Source: an uncultured Mycoplasmatota bacterium (GTDB taxonomy: Bacteria; Bacillota_I; Bacilli_A; RF39; UBA660). Taken from it: 64,000 nt of DNA. Where the stretch lies: contig CANRVY010000001.1 of NCBI GenBank assembly GCA_947643405.1, forward strand, positions 31,852 through 95,851, written 5' to 3'. A program made the translations under genes and the position numbers. The notes beneath the pieces are model-generated. The model was not told where the DNA came from. It searched no databases and was given only the letters and a program-made list of their open reading frames with translations. Below, in pieces: positions 20,274 through 27,694 of this stretch; position 1 is the stretch's first letter, and every line of letters begins with the position of its first letter.

Positions 20274-21352
20274 AATCCCTCATTTTTTAAACGTGCTACA
20301 GTTTTTTCATGTTCACTATTCGTTTTACTAAAATAAGTCTTTCCATTTTTATCAGCTACAAAAAAGTAATCATTATGAGTCTTTGGCTCAATAGAGGCCT
20401 CAATGGCATCAATTCCAGGATTACAAATCGGTCCGATTGGAAGTTTTCCAGCCATTTTAATCGCTCTTGTGTTATAATCGTTCACTTCATCTATTTCACT
20501 TTGATATAAATCCCTTTCACTCATTTCTACCTTCGCTCCATAGTAAGTGGTAACATCACTTCCTAAGGACCAACCAGCTTCTAGTCTATTATAGAAAACT
20601 CCTGCTACTCCTGCTCTATCATCACTTCCTGCTGCTTCTAATTCTATAATAGAAGCAAGTGTTAACATTTCATGGAGAGAATAATCACTTTTCTCAATTT
20701 CTTCTTTATAAGGCTCTAACTTTTTCCCTGTTTGATCTAACATTTTTTTAAATATTTCTTTCACAGTTACATTCTTATTTTTAAATTCATAAGTATCTGG
20801 AAATAAATATCCTTCTAAAGAATAATAAAGTTTTGTATTCAAGATACTTTCGTCCAAAAACCAATATTCATTTATCAATTCTTTTAAATACGTTTCGTCT
20901 TTTAAAACTTCATAAATCTCTTCTTCTTTATTATTTGTTTTATTTTCAATAATCTTAGCAATCCCTCTCATATGTTTTCCTTCTGGAAAGGTAATTGTAA
21001 TAGACTCTGTCGTTAATTCACTATCATTTGACAAAGCTTTGATAATTTTCTCCACTCCCATATTTTGATTTAATGAAAAAGTTCCTGCTCTAAAATTGCT
21101 TGGTTTTTTTAATTTTATATAAATTTTGTAAACTAATTCAGAATTGATTAATTTTTTTTCTTTTAATTCTTTCGCAATCGTTAAATAAGTTTGCCCTGGA
21201 GTAATTGTAAATTCAACAGATGTATTTTTATTCGTAACTGGTTTTAATCCCCATTCATATAAAAAATATAATATAACAATAACAAAAATTACAAACACAA
21301 CAAAACCGAAAATCCCCTTTTTGACGCTAGACTTTATTTTTCTTTTCGCCAT
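20258..21352 (-). CDS. mltG: Endolytic murein transglycosylase MltG (YceG-like).
   Basis: N-terminal transmembrane helix followed by a YceG-like domain. Syntenic with yrrL. Confidence 0.85.
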   Translation of the reverse strand: MAKRKIKSSVKKGIFGFVVFVIFVIVILYFLYEWGLKPVTNKNTSVEFTITPGQTYLTIAKELKEKKLINSELVYKIYIKLKKPSNFRAGTFSLNQNMGVEKIIKALSNDSELTTESITITFPEGKHMRGIAKIIENKTNNKEEEIYEVLKDETYLKELINEYWFLDESILNTKLYYSLEGYLFPDTYEFKNKNVTVKEIFKKMLDQTGKKLEPYKEEIEKSDYSLHEMLTLASIIELEAAGSDDRAGVAGVFYNRLEAGWSLGSDVTTYYGAKVEMSERDLYQSEIDEVNDYNTRAIKMAGKLPIGPICNPGIDAIEASIEPKTHNDYFFVADKNGKTYFSKTNSEHEKTVARLKNEGLWYEY

Positions 21353-21367
21353 AACGCTAAAAACGAG

Positions 21368-21655
21368 CTATTGCTCGTTCATACTTTCTGCTGCTTTTGT
21401 TTGTAATTCTTCTAAAATAGTTTCAATAATTTTCCACTCTTTTTCTGTTTCAATTGGTATTAATTTTGTCTCTGCTTCGTTTGGGTTATAAATAGAAGCA
21501 TATACCTTTGTATTTCCTTCTTCATCTGTTGTATTATCTGTATATACCATATAATTTTTCTTTGTTTCATCTGATTCAAAAGTAAATAAAACCTCACATT
21601 CTATTTCTTTTCCTGCTTCATCTGTAACTTTAAATGTCATTCTTTCTTCGCTCAT
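21368..21655 (-). CDS. DUF1292 family protein (YrzB-like).
   Basis: Small acidic 95-aa protein at the position of B. subtilis yrzB. Confidence 0.55.
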   Translation of the reverse strand: MSEERMTFKVTDEAGKEIECEVLFTFESDETKKNYMVYTDNTTDEEGNTKVYASIYNPNEAETKLIPIETEKEWKIIETILEELQTKAAESMNEQ

Positions 21656-22080
21656 AAATCTCTTCCTTTCATTTTATCTAAATAAGTCTGTAATATAATA
21701 TTAGCGGCTAAACTATCAATTTTCTTTTTTCTTTTTTTTCTTGACATATCAGCTTCTACCATATAATGGGTTGCTTCTACAGTTGATAAACGTTCATCCT
21801 GCATAATTACTTCAATATTTAGTACTTTTTCTATTTGTTCTTTGAAGCCTAGAGTTATTATTCCTCTTTCTCCTATTGTATTATTCATATTTTTCGGAAA
21901 TCCCAAAACAATTTTTTCAATATTATACTCCTCTATAATATTTTTTAATTCTGGAATTAAGACTTCATAATCTCCTTCATTAAAACGAATTGTTTTATAA
22001 GAATTCGCAATTGTTGCTGTAATATCCGAAATGGATATTCCTAAAGTTCTGGTTCCAAGATCTAATCCTAGATATCTCAT
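21652..22080 (-). CDS. ruvX: Putative pre-16S rRNA nuclease / Holliday junction resolvase-like protein YqgF.
   Basis: MRYLGLDLGTRTLGISISD is the YqgF/RuvC-like N-terminus. Confidence 0.85.
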   Translation of the reverse strand: MRYLGLDLGTRTLGISISDITATIANSYKTIRFNEGDYEVLIPELKNIIEEYNIEKIVLGFPKNMNNTIGERGIITLGFKEQIEKVLNIEVIMQDERLSTVEATHYMVEADMSRKKRKKKIDSLAANIILQTYLDKMKGRDL

Positions 22081-22328
22081 TTATTTAAAAACTTTCTTAC
22101 CATAATCTCTAAAATCTTAGCTTGATCAAACTGGAGAATTTTTTTTCTTGCTTCTTTATGACTAGAAATATATCCAGGATCCCCACTCATCAAATATCCA
22201 ACAATTTGATTAATTGGATTGTATCCTCTTTCTTCTAGAATTAATGCGACTTCAGCGATTGTTTTTTCAATCAAAGCACTCTCAAATTCATCTCCATTAT
22301 AAACTTTTGTTTCTTCCAATTCCATCAC
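22077..22328 (-). CDS. IreB/DUF965 family protein (YrzL-like).
   Basis: 83 aa, immediately downstream of alaS as in Bacillus. Confidence 0.6.
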   Translation of the reverse strand: MMELEETKVYNGDEFESALIEKTIAEVALILEERGYNPINQIVGYLMSGDPGYISSHKEARKKILQFDQAKILEIMVRKFLNK

Positions 22329-22378
22329 CTACTTTATGAATACAACTTCATTTTATCAAATATTATCATTTATTGCAA

Positions 22379-22936
22379 TCATTCAAGATTAAATAAATGA
22401 TACTTTTCTATATACGTAATTGCCTTTTTCTCATAATAATTAGAGAATGATTGTCCAAAAATTTGATTCAATGTATTTTTCATCATTTCTTCTGTTTCGG
22501 CTTTGCTTCCCTCATACTCCAAATAAATTCCAAGATTCTCTATTAATTGAATGGACATTCTTGCATTTCCCATTCTATAAAAATACATTTCTTGCTTCAA
22601 ATGAAAAAACTCTTGATAACCAATTAATTCTAGGAACTGTTTTCCTTTTTCTAAATCTGGTACCTCTAAATATAATTTTTGATCTTTTTTGATATCTCCA
22701 TTCTTTTTATAAGTCTTTTTCTTTAATGTAAAACCTTTAAAATGGTTCCCTTCCCTTCTAATTAAAATAGAATGGTTTAACAGTTCTTCTACTGTTTGAT
22801 ATGGTTCTTCTTTTCTCATATAAATATCATCTAGTACGCTTTCTTCTACAAACTCACATCCAGCTTTTTCCAATAATATTTGAATTTCTTTTAATGACTT
22901 TGTCAATTTTATTGTAAGTTCTTTTTCTTCTTTCAT
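22379..22936 (-). CDS. Hypothetical protein.
   Basis: 185-aa ORF. No motif was recognised. Confidence 0.3.
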   Translation of the reverse strand: MKEEKELTIKLTKSLKEIQILLEKAGCEFVEESVLDDIYMRKEEPYQTVEELLNHSILIRREGNHFKGFTLKKKTYKKNGDIKKDQKLYLEVPDLEKGKQFLELIGYQEFFHLKQEMYFYRMGNARMSIQLIENLGIYLEYEGSKAETEEMMKNTLNQIFGQSFSNYYEKKAITYIEKYHLFNLE

Positions 22937-22984
22937 ATATTCTCTACTTCCTTTTATTTTACTTTATTATAACAGAAAGAGAAA

Positions 22985-25690
22985 CTATTTTGCTAGTTCC
23001 TCTATTTGTTTTTTTATCGTTTTTAAAATTTCATCTAATGCGCTTGCATCTTTTCCACCGCCTTGGGCAAAAATAGGACTTCCTCCTCCTGAACCATTCG
23101 ATTTTAAGGCTGCTTCTTTTACCATATTTCCACAATGTATTTTGTCTTTTAAATCAGCATGAGCTTTGGATAATATGTTTACATTTCCATTGTTCACAGT
23201 TGCAATAAAAATAAATCCATTGTTTAAACTGTTTAAAAGAGCATCTATTACTTGTTTTAAAATATTTAAATCATAATTTTCTACTTTCATAATAATTGTT
23301 TCTATATTTCCAATTACTTCTTTTTGATTCATAAATACATCTAAGTTTTGAAGTGCTTTTTTTGACTTTTCTTCTAAATATCGTTTTTCTAATTCCATTA
23401 CACTCTTTTTAATCGTTTCCATTTCATTTAAATTAAATATGATATCTCTGTAAGTGTGAGGAGCATCATTGTTAATATTAAAATTAAAGTCTAAAATAAT
23501 TTCTTCTTGCCCCCCTTCTTCAATAATTCTTTTTGCTTTTGATAATAATTTTACCATCTCATCATTATATGGTTTGATTGCGGCAAATAAAGAGGATTCT
23601 ATTCTATCTCCAGTTGCTCCAACAATTCGATATACATTGCTTCCTTTAGATTCTAAAGATACAATTGCGAAACGCTCTATTTCCCCAATATTTTTCACAT
23701 GTGTTCCGGCACATAATTCTTTCGAGTCACCAATTGTAACAACTCTTACTTTATCACCATATTTTTCATCAAACAATGCCATTGCTCCTGTTTGTTTGGC
23801 TTCTTCTAGTGTTAAAATTTCTGTTTTTGTATCCACTTTTGTTGCAATACGCTCATTGATACGTTCTTCTACTTTTACTAATTCGTCTTTTGAAATTTTA
23901 CCTTCATAATGAATATCAAAACGAACATTTTCATTATCAATTGCAGAACCAGCTTGATGAACACTTTCTCCTAATACTTCCTGTAACGTTCTTTGAAGAA
24001 CATGAGCAGCACTATGATTACACATAACATGATGTCTAAATTCTTCATTCACACTAGCGATTACTTTATCTCCTACTTTTAAAATTCCATCAAAAGTTAC
24101 ATAGTGAAAATGTTGTTTATTTGGACCTTTGAACGAATCTTCTACTTCTACCATAATATTTCCATCTATAATGGTTCCAATATCAGAAATCTGTCCTCCA
24201 CTTTCTGCATAAAATGGAGTTTCTTCTAAAACCACATATCCAGAATTTTCTAATGTTTCTACAAACTTTTCTCCATTAAATAATCTTAAAATAGTAGTCT
24301 CTATTTTTAATGTATCATAACCTACAAAAAGGCTTTCTTCTTTAAAATTTAATAATTCTTCATTTTGAATATTCATACTTGTTGCTTTACTTCTACTTTC
24401 TCTAGCTAGATCTTTTTGTGCCTTCATACAAGTATCGAATGCATCTTTAGATACAGTAAAGCCTTTTTCTTCTGCATATTCTAGTGTTAGTTCAAATGGA
24501 AAACCATAAGTGTCATATAATTTAAATGCTTCCTCTCCGCTAATGGTTTTATCTGTACTTGTTTCAAATAGTTCTTGTAATCTTTTTTCTCCTTTTGCAA
24601 GTGTCTTCATAAAGAGTTCTTCTTCTTTGTTTACTTTTTCCATAACAGAAAGTTCATGGGAACGTAAATTCGGATAAGCATATTCCATAATGGAAACTAC
24701 TACTGGGACCAATTCTTTTAAAAATGGTCTTTCAATACCTAGTACTTTCCCATAACGAACAGCTCTACGTAATAATCGTCTAAGAACATAATCTCTTCCA
24801 TTATTTCCAAAATTAGCGCCATCTGAAAGGGCAAATACAATCGTTCTAATGTGGTCTGCAATTACTTTAAACGCCATTTCTCCATTGTATTTTTTCCCAC
24901 TTATTTCTTCTGTTTTTTCAATAATAGGAAGAAACAAATCCGTATCAAAATTGGTATCAACTTCTTGTAAAATAGAAACCATTCTTTCTAATCCCATTCC
25001 AGTATCAATATTTTTACTTGGAAGCTCTGGATATTCTTCTCTTGGAATTCCAGCTTTTGCATTATATTGACTAAATACATTATTCCAAATTTCAATATAG
25101 CGATCATTTTCAATATCATCTTGTAGCAATTTAATTCCTAAATTATTAGGATCATACTTTTCTCCTCTATCATAAAAAATCTCACTATCTGGTCCGCTTG
25201 GTCCTGGTCCAATTTCCCAGAAGTTTCCTTCTAATTTGATAATGTGAGAAGGGTCTACTCCAACTTTAATCCATGTGTTATATGCTACTTCATCATTCGG
25301 ATAAATAGTCATGTAAAGTTTTTCTTTATCAAAACCAATCCATTCTGGACTTGTTAGAAATTCAAATGCCCAAGTAATTGCTTCTTCTTTAAAATAATCA
25401 CCAATGGAAAAGTTTCCAAGCATTTCAAAAAAAGTTTGATGACGAGCTGTTTTTCCAACATTTTCAATATCATTCGTACGAATACATTTTTGACTGCTGC
25501 AGATTCTTCTGTTATCAGGAACAACACTTCCATCAAAATATTTTTTTAAAGGTGTTACTCCTGCATTAGTCCATAGTAAAGTAGGGTCATTGATTGGCAC
25601 TAATGAAGCACTTTCTAGTACTTGGTGTCCTTTGCTTTCCCAAAATTGAAACCATAAGTCTCTCATTTCATTTCCTGTTAATTTTTTCAT
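22985..25690 (-). CDS. alaS: Alanine--tRNA ligase.
   Basis: 901 aa. Carries a class II aaRS catalytic core, an editing domain (HSAAH..CAGTHV) and a C-terminal DHHA1 domain. Confidence 0.95.
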   Translation of the reverse strand: MKKLTGNEMRDLWFQFWESKGHQVLESASLVPINDPTLLWTNAGVTPLKKYFDGSVVPDNRRICSSQKCIRTNDIENVGKTARHQTFFEMLGNFSIGDYFKEEAITWAFEFLTSPEWIGFDKEKLYMTIYPNDEVAYNTWIKVGVDPSHIIKLEGNFWEIGPGPSGPDSEIFYDRGEKYDPNNLGIKLLQDDIENDRYIEIWNNVFSQYNAKAGIPREEYPELPSKNIDTGMGLERMVSILQEVDTNFDTDLFLPIIEKTEEISGKKYNGEMAFKVIADHIRTIVFALSDGANFGNNGRDYVLRRLLRRAVRYGKVLGIERPFLKELVPVVVSIMEYAYPNLRSHELSVMEKVNKEEELFMKTLAKGEKRLQELFETSTDKTISGEEAFKLYDTYGFPFELTLEYAEEKGFTVSKDAFDTCMKAQKDLARESRSKATSMNIQNEELLNFKEESLFVGYDTLKIETTILRLFNGEKFVETLENSGYVVLEETPFYAESGGQISDIGTIIDGNIMVEVEDSFKGPNKQHFHYVTFDGILKVGDKVIASVNEEFRHHVMCNHSAAHVLQRTLQEVLGESVHQAGSAIDNENVRFDIHYEGKISKDELVKVEERINERIATKVDTKTEILTLEEAKQTGAMALFDEKYGDKVRVVTIGDSKELCAGTHVKNIGEIERFAIVSLESKGSNVYRIVGATGDRIESSLFAAIKPYNDEMVKLLSKAKRIIEEGGQEEIILDFNFNINNDAPHTYRDIIFNLNEMETIKKSVMELEKRYLEEKSKKALQNLDVFMNQKEVIGNIETIIMKVENYDLNILKQVIDALLNSLNNGFIFIATVNNGNVNILSKAHADLKDKIHCGNMVKEAALKSNGSGGGSPIFAQGGGKDASALDEILKTIKKQIEELAK

Positions 25691-25693
25691 ATT

Positions 25694-26257
25694 CTACACC
25701 TCTTGTTTTAAAATATCATTTACTTTTTCTTTTAATTCTTCTAGACTTCCATTATTTTCAATCACATAATCGTAGTTTGCATAATCATCTAAATCCGTTT
25801 CTGTTCTATGCATTTTTTGTTCTTCTGTTAAACCATTATCAAAATTAGGCCGATTTACTCGAATAATAACAACATTTTCAAAATTATCCCTTGGTGTATC
25901 TACATCTATTTTAAATCTTGCATCTGAAATCGTTAACACATCAAAGAAGAAGGAATAAACTTTAATATCATCTACGATTCTTTTTACAAAAAACGCTTCA
26001 TCAATCTTATCGCGAATGACATTTGTTCCAAGTTGCTGTAAAAGTTCTCTTGGTTTTGTTTCTTCACTACCATCCCAATTACTAATTTTTTTCGCATATT
26101 CTTTAATATAACTACTATATTGCAAATTTAAAACATCATAATGATTTTCTATATAATAGTTTCTAATCATTTCTGCTATGGTATCTTTACCATGTCTTGC
26201 TTTCCCACATACAATAAAAATTTTTGGTTGTTTTTCTTTTAATTTCATTTTATCCAT
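25694..26257 (-). CDS. P-loop kinase resembling phage T4 gp1 deoxynucleotide monophosphate kinase.
   Basis: CGKARHGKDTIAEMI matches the T4 gp1 P-loop SGVKRSGKDTTADFI. LQQLGTNVI and C-terminal NGSLEELKEKVNDILK match gp1 RQALGTDLI and DGSLEELFSKIKNTLK (from memory). Confidence 0.5.
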   Translation of the reverse strand: MDKMKLKEKQPKIFIVCGKARHGKDTIAEMIRNYYIENHYDVLNLQYSSYIKEYAKKISNWDGSEETKPRELLQQLGTNVIRDKIDEAFFVKRIVDDIKVYSFFFDVLTISDARFKIDVDTPRDNFENVVIIRVNRPNFDNGLTEEQKMHRTETDLDDYANYDYVIENNGSLEELKEKVNDILKQEV

Positions 26258-26261
26258 CCTT

Positions 26262-26463
26262 TCAAATTATAGAAAAACCACGTATTTTTCTAGGAACGAA
26301 AAACCGTGGTACCATCCTAATTGCTTCTTTTTTTGATAACGGAGACTTCTCCGGTAGTATTTGCCTACACTCTAAAGGAGCTTCCACAAGTTTGTTTTCT
26401 CATTTTCACCAACCATGAGTTCTCTACTAAAACAAATATTGTGTACTAATCTTTATCATTGTT
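26262..26463 (-). promoter_or_regulatory. T-box riboswitch leader, probably with an Ala (GCU) specifier, controlling the dNMP-kinase-like gene and alaS.
   Basis: Minus strand reads AATTAGGATGGTACCACGG (T-box motif). A terminator hairpin ACCACG...CGTGGT plus TTTTTC overlaps it. The stem I region GGTAGAGAACTCATGGTTGGTGAAAATG is shared with the serS leader. GGAAGCTCC contains GCU. Confidence 0.7.
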
Positions 26464-27603
26464 TTAATTAAAATCTAATATATCATATTTTTCGTCTAAA
26501 AATAGAACAATGGATTTTACTACTGAAATAATTGGAGTTGAAATAAGCATTCCTAATATTCCCCAAAAATGTCCAAAAATAAGTAATCCTAACATAATTG
26601 TAACTGGGTGTAATTTGGTGGTTTTACTCATAATAAGAGCTTGTATAAAATTACCTTCTAAGAATTGTATCACTGCAATTACTACAAGTACTAATATCCC
26701 AGTTGTTGGAGATTGGGCGAATCCAACAATCACTGCTGGTGCACCTCCAATATAAGGGCCTACATACGGAATAATGTTAGTAAGCCCACAGAAAAGTCCA
26801 AATAGAAGCGGTGCTTTTAAGCCAACTAGCCATAATCCAATCGATGTCACAATAAAGACAAATGTAGAATCAAGTAGTGCACCTTGTACAAATCTTCTTA
26901 AAGAAGTATTTACTTCTGTAATTAATTCTCTCGCATCTCTTTGCATCTTCCTAGGAAATATTGTAATAATGGTATCATTCACATTATCAAATCCAATTAA
27001 TAAATAAAATCCAATAATAAGACCTATTAGGAAAATTCCAAGACCACTAAAAATAGATTTGGCAATATCTACTGTCATTGTTGGAAGGGAGCTCGCTAAA
27101 TTGGTTCCAAATTCTTCTATATTTTTAAATACATCTAGCTTAAAGGCATCGGCATCAAAGTCCTTAATCGCTGACAATTTTTGAAAAACTTCATCAATCC
27201 AAGATTTGACAGAATCAAATACTTTAGGTAATGTTTGAACAAAATCGTTAATTTGGTCTGATAATAAAGGTATAATTGTAGCTAATAAAAGAAATAAGAA
27301 GCCAAGGAATAAAAAGTACATAATAATAGAACCAAAAGTTCTCTTTATTCCTTTTTTTTGAAGCCATTTAACGGCTGGATCAAATAGCCAGGCCATAAAT
27401 ATTCCAATAAAAAGAGGTGCTACAATTGTTAATAGTTCAATTATGAAATCCCAGATTTTTAATTCTTTTACTACTTTTATAGCCGCCCAAGCACCAACTA
27501 TAATAATTAAGAAATATGAAATGTGAAGTATTTTTTTGGCTAATGAGATAGTCTCATTTACATTTTTCATATTTAGTTCTTTGTCATTTCCTTTTCGAAA
27601 CAT
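26464..27603 (-). CDS. AI-2E family transporter (PerM/YdiK-like permease).
   Basis: 379 aa with about 8 transmembrane segments and typical AI-2E topology. Confidence 0.75.
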   Translation of the reverse strand: MFRKGNDKELNMKNVNETISLAKKILHISYFLIIIVGAWAAIKVVKELKIWDFIIELLTIVAPLFIGIFMAWLFDPAVKWLQKKGIKRTFGSIIMYFLFLGFLFLLLATIIPLLSDQINDFVQTLPKVFDSVKSWIDEVFQKLSAIKDFDADAFKLDVFKNIEEFGTNLASSLPTMTVDIAKSIFSGLGIFLIGLIIGFYLLIGFDNVNDTIITIFPRKMQRDARELITEVNTSLRRFVQGALLDSTFVFIVTSIGLWLVGLKAPLLFGLFCGLTNIIPYVGPYIGGAPAVIVGFAQSPTTGILVLVVIAVIQFLEGNFIQALIMSKTTKLHPVTIMLGLLIFGHFWGILGMLISTPIISVVKSIVLFLDEKYDILDFN

Positions 27604-27694
27604 GATTTCACCTCATAATTCTATTATAACCCATATAATAGCCTTATGTAAATCATTATTGTTCATGAAAGTAGAAAAATAAATTGACAAAATT

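Noticed and set aside
22379..22936. Possible CYTH or adenylate-cyclase-like assignment for the 185-aa protein.
   Set aside because: I could not identify the diagnostic ExExK or acidic-residue motifs with confidence. It is left as hypothetical.
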